Source: Azolla caroliniana | Taxonomy: Eukaryota; Plantae; Polypodiophyta | Direction of reading: 5' to 3' | Assembly: GCA_043228905.1 (NCBI GenBank) | Contig: JBHGNT010000021.1 | Span: 9,176,001-9,240,000, forward strand | DNA: 64,000 nt | In this document: positions 27,501 to 38,674 of the stretch, piece by piece | Layout: every line of letters begins with the position of its first letter | Position numbering within the stretch: the stretch's first letter is position 1 | The notes under the pieces: model-generated | The model's input: the letters and a program-made list of their open reading frames with translations, nothing else | Told to the model about the DNA's origin: nothing | Database searches by the model: none | Position numbers and translations under genes: made by a program

Positions 27501-29408
27501 TGTCCTCCACGATGAGATGGGGCATCAACATAACATACATCGGTGTGAACCAACTCTAAGGCATGCTCTCTCCTCATTGGAGGCCTAGAGTGAAACGCTG
27601 TTCTATTTTGCTTTCCAGCTAGGCAATCCACACACTTTTCCAAATGCACTCCTTTCACCTCTGGTAGGAAATCCTTTTCCGCAAGGATATGCATTCCCCT
27701 TTCACTCATATGTCTGAGCCTTTTATGCCACTACATTCCTCTCGACACAACTTCCCATGCATTACATATAGTGTGTTCTGTTTTTGGGCTCGAGCCACGA
27801 TCAGGCTCCCTTTACAGAACTTCCATGAACCATTTTGGAAGCCACCGCTGTACCCTTCATCGTTTAGCCGTCCAGCCGATATCAAGTTCAACCTGACATC
27901 CGGAACATGACGTACATCCTTCAACATTAACCTGCAGCCTGTAGATGTTAGCAAGCACACAGTTCCTATGCCCACAATCTTGCATTCCCCGTCATTTCCC
28001 ATCTTTACATGACCATAGTCACCTGCTGTGTAGGATGAGAAACATTCTCTTTTGGGAGTTAGGTGAAATGATTCACCGGAATCCACTACCCATGAGCTCT
28101 CAGCACTTGCAAGATTCACACTAGCTTGTTCACATATGAACAACATCTCTTCCTCACTAGTTACGATGGCTGAGGTATTTTTATCATCGGAGATTTTTCT
28201 AGGTTCGATCTCATCAGCCATGCCTTTGTCCTTCCTAAGGTGTCGACAATTCTTTTGGAAGTGACCAGGCTTCCCACAATAAAAACATGTAGGTCTTCCT
28301 CTAGATTTCGACCTAAACCTATCCCCATTTTCTAGACTTCTATGTTCTCTTCTACCTCTACTAAATTCTTGGGTCACATTTGCCTTCGATTGAGATAAAG
28401 CACTTTTATCCTTTCTTCTTGTCTCTTCATTTAGAATAGTCGTTTTTACTACTTGTAAGGATAAGTTGTCTTCTTTACATGAAGTGCTGAGTGTTACTAT
28501 TAGGTTTTCCCAACTATCGGGTAGAGTACATAATAATAGTGTGGCCTGCATACAATCATCTAATGGGAACTTTGATGATGCTAACTGATTCACTAGTCCC
28601 ATAAACGCACTAATGTGCTCTACTATACTCTCCCCGTCTACATACTTCAGTCTCACTATCTTCCTCATCAAGAAGGTCTTATTTAAGGCATTTTTCCTTT
28701 CATAGAGAGCGGAAAGCTTATGCCATAGCTCGAAGGCATTTGTGTCACTCGCTACATGTTGTAGGACACTAATGTCTACACATTGTCTTATGGTCGCCAC
28801 TGCCTTCCTATTTAGGATTCTCCACTCCGAATCTATTACCCCCTTTGGTATATCCTTGTTTTCTATAGGCTCATACAAGTCTTTTACTATTAGGAGATCT
28901 TCCATTTTGATCTTCCAATCTGAATAGTTTTGTGAGTTCAAGACAAACATCCCAGGAAAGCCACTCACGCTCCCTTCCATCTAGAACCTATGCTCTGATA
29001 CCAGTTTGTAAGAATTTCACTCCGATTCGAAATCAGAAATTGAACTTAGACGCAAACAGGAAATAAGAAAGAACACACAATTTACGTGGAAAACCCTGAT
29101 TTAGGGAAAAACCACGGAACAGAGCTTTCACTATGAGAAATGACAAAATACAATCATAGAACAATGAAACCTGATTTGGTATGAGCATGTACTGAAACCA
29201 CGATTTCAGTCAATCTCTTCAAACTCTAGCACGCAGGTGACTATTCCTTCCGAAGCTTCCGAAGCTTCTCTGTCTTTTTCTCTTTTGCTTCACACTTCTT
29301 TTCTTATTACTTAGCTTCTGAGTTCGTATACTCTTACACAGCCACTACTGTGCAGAAAACCAGTCGTTCTCAGATTTACACAACACACACTCCTCGTTTT
29401 TCTCTCAG

Positions 29409-29439
<31 letters not shown>

Positions 29440-29839
29440 ACACCCTCACATACGCTATGTAGGTTTTCCCCTTTTCTCACTATTTCACTCTTAGTGAGTT
29501 ATCCCACATACAGGCGCACTACCAGGCCTGTCAGCATATATATACTAAGTCATTTTCTTCTTTGAATGTAGAAGACATATGTATATGTATATGTGTGTCT
29601 ATTCGATTGAGTACGAATTTGACTCTCTCACCGAATTCGATCAGCTAACCTCCGATTCGGTTCTTCGCAACTGACTATTCTTTTACTTTCCGAATTTCGA
29701 CCAAATTCGGTAATTCGGTTTTTTTCGGCCGATTTCAGTGATTCGACTCTAATCGGCTTTTCGACCGATTTCGACCAGTCGACACTCAAGTCCACTTTTC
29801 GGCCGACTCCCCCGCAAGGAGGGACGCCTTTACACAACA
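24145..29839 (-). mobile_element. Copia E: full-length, young Tnt1/Tork-like element
   Basis: LTRs 24145-24981 and 29007-29839 differ by about 6 substitutions plus (TA)n length; TSD ATTTT (24140-24144, 29840-29844); perfect PBS TGGTATCAGAGC (29003-28992); PPT 24982-24998. Confidence 0.97.
24972..28980 (-). pseudogene. Copia E gag-pol polyprotein with three lesions
   Basis: Gag, CCHC knuckle (CFYCGKPGHFQKNC), PR (WVVDSG), INT, RT (YVDD), RNase H. Frameshifting deletion ~27740, stop at 26861, frameshift ~26005. Confidence 0.93.
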
Positions 29840-29947
29840 ATTTTCAACATGATAGGCATGATGATTCTCCACAAATTCAACATTCCCCACAAAATCAGAG
29901 TGACGATCAACTTCATGATGAGCAGGTGGGCCACCCTCAAAATTGGC

Positions 29948-30409
29948 TCAGTCATGACCAGAACGACCTGTAGCTCGACCCCCATCAACATGGCCATCAG
30001 AAGCACGATTACAATCAACACGACCATCATCAGCTCGGCAATCAGCACCTCGATCATCATCAACGCTGCCAACAACAGCTCGGCCACCATCAGTACGGCC
30101 ACCATCAGGACGGCCATCAGCAGCAGAATCAGCGACCTCCTGATCATCAACATAATCAGCAACAAAATTAGCAGCGTAATCATTAACATAATCAGCAACA
30201 CATTCAGAAGCAAAATCAGTATCCTCATGATCAGAGGTATAATCAGCAAGAAGATCCGCAACCTTGTGATAAACGGGAGAATATGAAGCAACATCGTGGC
30301 CATCGACAGCACGATCAGCAGCAGGAAAGGGGCGGCCAACAACAGGAGATGCTCGATTTGCAGCTAGAAGGCGGTGGCGACAAAGGCCTGGAGCAGATGG
30401 AAACGCCAT
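29948..30409 (-). CDS. Candidate antisense ORF (153 aa, D/A/G-rich) overlapping the copia C INT-RT linker
   Basis: ATG in GCAATGGCG context; CTATATAAG ~40 nt upstream; strong GNY codon pattern; no recognised homology. Confidence 0.35.
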   Translation of the reverse strand: MAFPSAPGLCRHRLLAANRASPVVGRPFPAADRAVDGHDVASYSPVYHKVADLLADYTSDHEDTDFASECVADYVNDYAANFVADYVDDQEVADSAADGRPDGGRTDGGRAVVGSVDDDRGADCRADDGRVDCNRASDGHVDGGRATGRSGHD

Positions 30410-31659
30410 TGCAGAGAAAGAGCAAGAATTCGAGATGTGGAGCGAGTCCTTATATAGCTACAGACACGGTTTTGGAGCGCCCCAACTCTTCCCGCTTTTC
30501 CAATTCAGTTGAGCAACTCGTTGCTCAACGTCATTCTTTAACACCCTCTAACCCATTAACACCTATTCAATTCATACCTTTAACCACAAGCCAAAGTGTA
30601 TCTGATAGTTCTCAACTAACTTTAACTCACCCACATATAGGTTCCACACCACATGCATCACCTAATGTCAATATAGTTTCTTCTCCACTCGACACTTACC
30701 CAACAAATGAAGATTTCGATGATCAACCTCAACCAATCAAGCAAAAATTTCGTAATATTTACGAAATTATGGAAGCCACACGTCCATTTGAAGCACTTAT
30801 GGCCGACTTGGGACCGGAGCCTATTGACGAGTTTGAAGACGATGATGGTGATATCCCACTTGAAGACATAAATCTCACTCCAAAAGCAGCCCTTAATGGT
30901 TCCGAGAGTGAAATGTGGAAGTCAGCGATGCAAACGGAGATGGATGCTCCCATGCGAAATAGAACGTGGACTTTGGTTCCACGACCGAAGAATCGCAATG
31001 TCATATCTAGTAAGTGGGTACTTACGAAGAAGAAGGATGCACATGGTGTAGTGACGAGATATAAAGCTCGTGTCGTCGCTCGTGGTTTTTCACAAATTCC
31101 TGGTGTGGATTTTAAAGAAACATTTGCGCCAACACTAAAAATGGTTCCATTACGCACCATGCTTGCTTTTTCGGCTGGTTTTAATCTCGAACTTCACCAC
31201 TTGGATATCGAAACTGCATTTTTACATGGTGAATTAAATGAAGAAATATTCATGCAACAACCGCCGTTTTTTGAAGATTCAAAATTCCCAAAGTATGTTT
31301 GTAAGCTTCATAAGTCATTGTATGGTTTGAAACAATCTCCACGAATGTGGCACCACAAGCTCCATACATTTCTTATGTCTATTAATTTTCAGTGTCTTCA
31401 AGCCGAACCAAATCTTTACATTCGTAAGGAAGGAAGTGACTATGTGATAATTGGTGTGTATGTTGATGATTTGCCAATTGCCTCTAACTCTACTACTTCA
31501 ATGCGAAAGGCTATAAATCAACTCAAGGAGAAGTTTCCCGTCAAAGACCTTGGACCACTAGAGTATTGCCTTGGTATCAAGGTAACAAGGAATAGGACGG
31601 AAGGCACACTTACTATGTCACAACGGAAGTTGGTCGAAGAAATTCTTCACAAGTTCTAG
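30283..31659 (+). pseudogene. Copia C linker plus reverse transcriptase ORF
   Basis: KWVL, LDIETAFLHG, LYGLKQSPR and YVDD motifs; premature stop at 31657. Confidence 0.9.
30449..30457 (-). promoter_or_regulatory. TATA box upstream of the antisense ORF
   Basis: CTATATAAG on the minus strand followed by a CT-rich leader and ATG at 30409. Confidence 0.4.
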
Positions 31660-31808
31660 ATGTCCGATTGCAAACCTATTGCAACACCAATGACCGTACC
31701 GTGCAAACTATCATCCAATGATAGTCCAAAGACCGTGGAAGAAGAGCAACTTATGAAAACACTTCCTTATTGACAAATCCTTGGAAGTATAAGGTATCTT
31801 GTGAGTTG

Positions 31809-32076
31809 GGACAGGAACCCGACGTTCCTTATGCGCGACGCTCGGCCACAACCGAGCGTAGAATGATACACAGAAAACGGGAAATTAAAACACGACACAA
31901 AGGAGAGGAAGATACACAGGAGGTTTACGTGGAAAACCCAAAGAGGGAAAAACCACGGCAGCCCACAGGCTGCAAACTGTCACTATGTGAGAATGTACAA
32001 CAGTGAGTTCACTGAGGCAACGACCTCGTGCTCACAGATCTTCGCCACACGCGGCGGTTACAATAGAGGCAACGAC

Positions 32077-32117
<41 letters not shown>

Positions 32118-33944
32118 CAGTTAAGCACTCTCTCTTCTTCTTGCACCAACAAGAAAAAATGACAACAACACATAAAGTTTGCCCTAAGTCATATTTATAC
32201 TAATATGACTTTTCGGCTATTTACAAATGTAGCCTCGATGGGCTCTCAGAAACATATTTACGAATATGTCTCTTCCTCCGGTTCGCACCGGGTCTGCGTC
32301 ATCCGGCTCTCCGTAGCCGGGTACTCCTCATCCGGTTCATACCGGGCCTGCACCATCCGGCTCTCTGTAGCCGAGTACTCCTCATCCGGTTCATACCGGG
32401 CCTGCACCATCCGGCTCTCCGTAACCGAGTACTCCTCATCCGGTTCATTTGTCTTCTCCCTTCCCATCCGGAGGGACCTGTCTCCCAACAAACTCCCCCT
32501 TCACTCCGGCATGGGGTGTCTTACCTGTCCGATCCTCTTCCGGCATGGGTCCAGCTTGTCGGGTGTCAGCACTTTGGTCAGCATATCTGACCCATTCTCG
32601 GCCGTGTGGATCTTCGTCAGTGCGAACTCCTGGTCATCTACTCTTTCCCGGATCCAGTGATATCTTCGCTGGATATGCTTCGTCCGAGAATGGTAGGCTG
32701 CATTCTTAGCAAGGTGGATGGCACTTTGACTGTCGCAGTAGAGTCAGTATTCCTCTTGCCGGATACCGAGCTCTCCGATGAAGTCCTTCATCCATAATAT
32801 TTCCTTGCCGGCTTCCACAGCCGCCATGTACTCCGCCTCTGTGGTTGACAATGCAACTGTCTTCTGCAGCCTCGACTGCCACGAAACAGCTCCCCCTGCA
32901 TATGTCATTACATACCCGGATGTAGACCGGCTGGTATCAACATCAGCCGACATGTCCGAATCGGTGAAACCGTCCAATTGAGGTTTTCTGGAGCCGAATC
33001 GGAGACACATATTTGAAGTGCCCTTCAAATACCGGAGTATCCACTTGACCGCGTTCTAGTGCTCCTTGCCGGGATTGCTCATAAACCGGCTCACCACTCC
33101 GACTGCGTATCCAATGTCCGGTCGGGTACAAACCATTGCATACATCAAGCTCCTGACGGCAGAGGCATATGGAATCTTCATCATATCCGCCTTCTCTGCT
33201 TTCGTCTTCGGGCTTTGCTTGCCGGATAGCCTGCAGTTTGCCGGAAGTGTCGATCCGACCGGTTTCGCTTCTGACATGTTGAACCGGTGAAGCACCTTTG
33301 TCACGTACTTCTCTTGTGACAGCCATAATTGCTTCGCTTTCCGGTTACGGATGATGTGCATCCCCAGCATCTGTCTTGCCGGACCCAAGTCTTTCATTGA
33401 GAAAGTCCGGTTGAGAGCCTTCTTCAGCATCTGTCTTGTCGGACCCAAGTCTTTCATTGAGAAGGTCCGGTTGAGTTCACTGAGGCAACGACCTCGTGCT
33501 CATAGATCTTCGCCACACACGGCGGTTACAACAGAGGCAATGACCTCTTTCTCTCTCTCTCTCTCTCTGTACAGTTAAGCACTCTCTCTTCTTCTTACAC
33601 CAACAAGAAAAAATGACAACAACACATAAAGTTTGCCCTAAGTCATATTTATACTAATATGAATTTTCTGCTATTTACAAATGTAGCCTCGATGGGCTCT
33701 CAGAAACATATTTACGAATATGTCTCTTCCTCCGGTTCGCACCGGGTCTACGTCATCCGGCTCTCCGTAGCCGGGTACTCCTCATCTGGTTCATACCGGG
33801 CCTGCACCATCCGGCTCTCCGTAGCCGAGTACTCCTCATCCGGTTCATACCGGGCCTGCACCATCCGGCTCTCCGTAGGCGAGTACTCCTCATCCGGTTC
33901 ATTGGTCTTCTCCCTTCCCATCCGGAGGGACCTGTCTCCCAACA
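31809..33944 (-). mobile_element. Copia F: internally deleted Tork-like element in copia C RT
   Basis: 3' LTR ~31809-32490, PPT 32491-32508, RNase H and 3' RT to ~33474, partial 5' LTR ~33472-33944. TSD AGTTG (31804-31808, 33945-33949). The LTRs carry 54-bp tandem repeats. Confidence 0.88.
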
Positions 33945-34644
33945 AGTTGTACACGTCCAGATTTGTCTTACTCAGTAGGTTTTCTTTCTAGATTTATGCA
34001 GAATCCTGGAATAGCTCATTGGAATGCTTTAAAGCGAGTCCTTCGCTATCTACAATACACTAAAGACATCAGTCTCACATACAAGTCCTTCCAATCTAGG
34101 AATTTGTCCCAACTTAATGGTTGGCTCCAAACACCGTTAGTCGGTTGGACGGATTCGGATTGGGGGGGGGGGATCTTGATTCCTCCCGCTGAACATTTGG
34201 TATGGTTTTCACATTTGTCGATGGGGCAATTGCATGGAGAACCAAACGTCAAGTATCCGTGGCTCTTTCTAGCACCGAAGCGGAATATGTTGCGGCGGCA
34301 TTAACAGCAAAAGAAGGATTGTGGATAAAGACGATCATTGAAGAGCTCGACATCATAAAGCTTAATGAAGTCAAAGTGTTTTGCGACAATCAATCATGCA
34401 TTAAGCTAGCTATTAATCCAAAGATCACAGATCAAAATAAACATATAAGAGAAAGACACCATTTTATTCGAGAGTTGGTAGAAGCAAAAGAAATGTCTTT
34501 ACATTATACATCTACTACAACAATGTGGGCGGATTTTTTGACGAAGCCAGTACCACAACAAAAACATTGGAATTGTTGTAATAAAATTGGTCTTAGTATT
34601 AGTAAGATCAATATAGAAAAATAAACACTTTATTTTATGGGGGG

Positions 34645-34891
34645 TGTTAGAATATAAAATAAAGTATAATATTAGGAGTAAAAATAAAACATATTATGAT
34701 AAATAAAGTAATAAACAAATATTCCTAAAATACCCTCATTTATAAAAACGTTTTGTAACTACCCTTTCTCTTTTATATACACATTGTAACCACAAGTCAT
34801 ATGATGTGAGAAATACAACTATTGGTTCTTGATCTCTCTCTCTCCCTGTTATCTTCTTCCTATCTCTTGTGTTATTGCTTGATTTCTTACA
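34645..34891 (+). repeat. 3' LTR of copia C
   Basis: TGTTAG after the PPT, ending CTTACA; AT-rich with TATA-like motifs. Confidence 0.72.
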
Positions 34892-35460
34892 AGTGGCTAT
34901 TGAATAGTGGTGACAATTCGCTGGACTGTGACTGACAACGACTGAGTGCTGGCCAAACAGTGGGGATTGGCCAAGTAGCAGCCCGACAACGGTCGAATAG
35001 GGGCCAAGTGGTGGAAATTGGTCGAGTGGTGTCCGAATAGCAGCAATTGGCTGAACAACAACCGAGTAGTGGCTGAATAGTGGTGATTGGCTGAACAACG
35101 CCTGGAAAGTGGCCGAATAGCAGCCTAGTGGCAACGAACGATTGCCCGGACAATGACCGACTACAGCCTAGTGGTGGCCGAACAATGGTCAGATAATGAC
35201 TGAATAGTGACCAAGTGATGGCAATTGGCCGGATAGTTACTGACAATGGCCGAGTGGCAGCCAAACAACGGCCAAGAGAGGGCCGAATAGTGGCTGGACA
35301 ATGGCCGAATAGCGGCAGCCAATGGCAGATAGCGACCGAGTGGTGGCCGAACAACTGTCAAGTGTGGCCGAACAACGGTCGAGTGTGGTCAGATATCCGA
35401 CAATGGTCGAAGAGCGGCCTAGTGATGGCCGGATAGCGGCCGGACAACGTTAGAACAAAG
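34892..35460. repeat. Degenerate minisatellite (TGGCCGAAYA-type, ~11-bp units)
   Basis: Many variants of GTGGCCGAATA / ATGGCCGAGTG, followed by a purine-rich tract to ~35790. Confidence 0.7.
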
Positions 35461-36633
35461 ACGACAAGCGATGGCTGAGACAAACAATTAGCCAACAATC
35501 AGCCAGACAACGGAGAAAGAAGGAGTGGAAGACAAAGCAAAAGGAAGAGAAGAAAGAACAAACAGAAGAAGAAGGTGAAAGTAGATGCAGAAAGAAACAG
35601 GATGATGAGAAGGGCAAAGAAAAGAAAAAGAAAGCAAATTAGAAACGAAAAAGATAGGAAGCAAGAACCCAAAGAAGACACAGAGACAGATACAGAAGAA
35701 GAAGAAGAGCATTTGGTGCAAGCATAGGAGGAAAGATCGAGATAGAGAAAAGAGAAGAGAAAAGGGCATACAGAGAAATTACAGAGAAAATGAGGAGACA
35801 TCACCAAAATTCAGAAATGTAAGGGCACAAATTCAAAGGGCATTATTGGAATTGCAAAAGCTCAAGGGCAGAGAGAAGAATTTTCGAAACCAAGGCAAGA
35901 AACGAAATTTCAGAAACTTGAAGGGCATTACAAAGAATTTCAAAAAAATATATGAGGAAAGTCCTTGTAAACTCAAAACTCATATAAAATAAAAGAAAAA
36001 CACACATACACATACACCAAAAACAAAAAGAGTATTGAAGTTTCTATGTTCACGGATGTTTCGACCGAACGAGAGGTTCGTGTCGTTGAGTTTGTGTTCG
36101 TGTTTCACGTGTTCCGGTCGATGGAGTTCTAACCAACGCGATAAGAGAAGACCAAGGGAGTTCCAATCGTAAGTTCCGGTCCAAGGACTGATGTTCATGT
36201 TTATTGAAGGCATGTGGGTTCACCCATGCAAGGCACTGTCCCACGAGCGTGCCATAGGTGTTATCCGTGAGATTATACATGTATGAGTGTATAAGTGTTG
36301 GTACGTGGATAGATATGTGAAGTCTTTGTATTAAAAGTAATGTGTAAGTGTATGTGCAAATGTGCACATAAGTGTGAGTATATTAATATGTAAAGTGAGC
36401 AGGTTGTTACAAGGTTATGTAACTAACCTACAACCCTCATTGGATGTTCTTGATTCGGAACCCTCATGTAATGTTCCTATATAACCCCACCCATTGGGCA
36501 TGAATGGGAAGATAACACTAGTTTTCCTCTCAACATTGTTTTGTCTCTCTCTCTTTCTCTTTCTCTCTAGTTTCTTCACGCTCAACCCCCTTGGGAAGGG
36601 GGTGTTCTCGGCTCCACCCCCCATCCCTCAACA
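34892..36633 (+). mobile_element. Non-coding 3' portion or LTR of an unclassified LTR element inserted in copia D RNase H
   Basis: Ends CCCTCAACA exactly where copia D RNase H (TKHIQ) is cut; CCTATATAA at ~36476; left end not found. Confidence 0.5.
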
Positions 36634-38261
36634 TCTGTATGTGCTTGGTTAGGGAGTGGTATGCAACATTCTTGGCAAGATGTATGGCACTCTGGCTATC
36701 ACAGTGAAGCAAGAACTCCCTCTGCTTCATCCCTAGCTCGTTGAGAAAATTTCTCATCCAGATCAGCTCTTTGTCGGCCTCTACTGTTGCCGTATACTCT
36801 GCCTCTGTAGTCGACAAGGCTACAGACTTCTACAGTCATGACTGCCATGACACTGCTCCCCCTGCATAGGTCATCGCGTACCCTGATGTGGATCGGCTCG
36901 AGTCGACATCTCCCGACATGTTTGAATCAATAAAACCTTTTAGCACAGGTTTTTTCTGACACCATACCTTAGGCATACCCCTGAGGTGCCCTTTAAGTAC
37001 CTGAGTATCCACTTCATTGCTACCCAGTGTTCTCTCCCTGGATTACTCATATATCGTCTTACTGCTCCTACAACAAATGCTATGTCTACTCTCGTACAGA
37101 CCATAGCATACATTAGACTGCCAACAACCGAGGCATATGGTACCTTTCTCATCTCGGTCTTCTCCTTCTCCTCTCTCGGGCACTGCTTCGCATTTAACCT
37201 ACAGTTTGTCGGCAATATTGAGCCGACTGGCTTTGCAACTAACATGTTAAATCTCTCTAGGATCTTCGTCACATACTTCTGTTGTGACAACCATAGCACC
37301 TTTTGAGTTCTATCTCGAACTATGTGCATTCCCAAAATCTGTTTAACCGGTCAAAGGTCTTTCATGGCAAATGATTTGACGAGAGCTTTCTTCAAGCTTC
37401 CAATCTTCCTTGTATCTTGACCAACTATCAACATGTCATCAAAATATAACAAGAGCATCAAGAAGTCTCCTTCGTCGTACCTCTAAATGAACACACAATG
37501 ATGAGCCCGTGTTTTCTAGAACCGGTGTTCCATCATGAAGGACTCGAACTTCTTGTGTACCATTGACGTGGAGCTTGTTTCAAACTGTACAAGCTTTTCT
37601 TCAGTCGACACACTTGATTCTCTTTCCCTTTCTCCTCAAAGCCTTCGGGTTGCTGCATATAGATTTCTTCTTATAGCTCCCCATGTAGAAATGCGGTTTT
37701 GACATCCAACTGTTTGATCTCTAGATCCATACTGGCCGCTATGCTTAGAACAGTTTGAATGGATGCCATCTTCACGACTGGTGCGAATATTTCGTGAAAG
37801 TCAACGCCCTTTTTCTGTTGAAAACCCTTCACCATTATGCAGGCTTTATACTTGGGCTCACTGTAGGCTTCTCCAGTCTTCACTTTGTAGACCCATTTAT
37901 TCCTGAGTGCTCTCTTACCTTTTGGCAACTCTACCAGGTCGTAGGTGTAATTCTCGTGCAAGGATTCCAACTCATCTTGCATCGCGCTCAGCCATTTCGC
38001 TTTGTGCTTGTCGGCAATGCCTTCTTCATAGCACTCCGGTTCACCTTCATCTGTCAAGAGGATGTATTGTCTGGCATATGTAGTGGGTGCTTTCCTCTCC
38101 CTGAGTGCGTATCTTCTTCCACTCATTGTTGGCTCTCTTTCAGATGTCTCTGCCAACTCTTCTCTCTACTCGGGATTCTACTCGTCAATCAGCCTCTCCT
38201 GTCATGAAAACACTCACATCATGCATCGAAAGGATCCTGACACTCACGTTATGACTCGGAA

Positions 38262-38316
38262 GGATTTGAACCCACGACCTTGTTGTACACATGTCAAATC
38301 CGTAACCATTGTATTA
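38262..38316 (-). promoter_or_regulatory. tRNA-like A-box/B-box pair inside the LTR (copy at 57001-57055)
   Basis: Minus strand TAATACAATGG ... AAGGTCGTGGGTTCAAATCC; box starts are 44 nt apart, as in tRNA positions 8 and 52. Confidence 0.55.
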
Positions 38317-38362
38317 ATATTCTTATATGTATAGTCTCTAGAATATGAAATCTAATATCATA

Positions 38363-38495
38363 GGAATATTCTATATTACTCTACATTCTAGAATGACCTA
38401 GAATATTCTAGAGTGTTCTATACCACTAGAATACTCTAGAGATCTTCTAGATTACTCTACATTCTAGGATAACCTAGAATATTCTAGAGTGTTCT
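38363..38495 (+). promoter_or_regulatory. Heat-shock-element-like array upstream of the LTR TATA box
   Basis: GAAtaTTCtaGAGtgTTC at 38401-38418 and 38477-38494; TTCtaGAA at 38386; GAAtaTTC at 38364. Confidence 0.6.
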
Positions 38496-38662
38496 CTATT
38501 ACTTATAAATAGGGATCTATCACCCATCCCAAACCTAAATTGGTTCAACGGCATTTTGTAGCCTACTCTTTGTAATCCATTTCACGCTTCAATATAATAA
38601 TTCTCTTTCAATTATCTCTCTATCTCTTTTTCTCTCTCTTTTTCTCTCTCAGTCTTGACAGT

Positions 38663-38674
38663 TTGAACCAATTT
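38663..38674 (+). promoter_or_regulatory. Self-priming-type PBS
   Basis: TTGAACCAATTT is the exact reverse complement of LTR 38537-38548; no TGG tRNA-type PBS is present. Confidence 0.75.

Larger units (their letters stand above)
22110..34891 (+). mobile_element. Copia C: AT-rich Ty1/copia lacking the 5' LTR and most of gag; hosts copia E and F
   Basis: Protease (WFFDTG), WHHRLGHLN, INT (PQQNGVAERKN), RT (YKARVVARGFSQ, YVDD) and RNase H (SSTEAEY, CDNQS). PPT of G-run before 34645; 3' LTR 34645-34891. Confidence 0.9.
38200..38660 (+). repeat. 5' LTR of the chromovirus
   Basis: TGTCA...TGACA; 5 differences from the 3' LTR by eye; TATAAATA at 38504. Confidence 0.95.

Noticed and set aside
24145-29839. 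Copia E as an autonomous active element
   Set aside because: Two frameshifts and one stop in gag-pol despite near-identical LTRs.
29830-30342. Very hydrophobic L/I/M-rich ORFs suggesting a membrane or env-like protein
   Set aside because: Alternative frames of the CAT/CAG-rich repeat; no ATG with promoter context.
32270-32450. Regular 54-bp repeats (also 33730-33900 and 21838-21945) as a possible CRISPR array
   Set aside because: Head-to-tail tandem units without unique spacers, inside eukaryotic LTR elements; no cas genes.
34736-35807. ORFs across the minisatellite and purine tract
   Set aside because: Low-complexity translations with no domain.
38250-38325. Functional tRNA gene
   Set aside because: Acceptor and anticodon stems do not pair convincingly; kept only as a tRNA-like box module.
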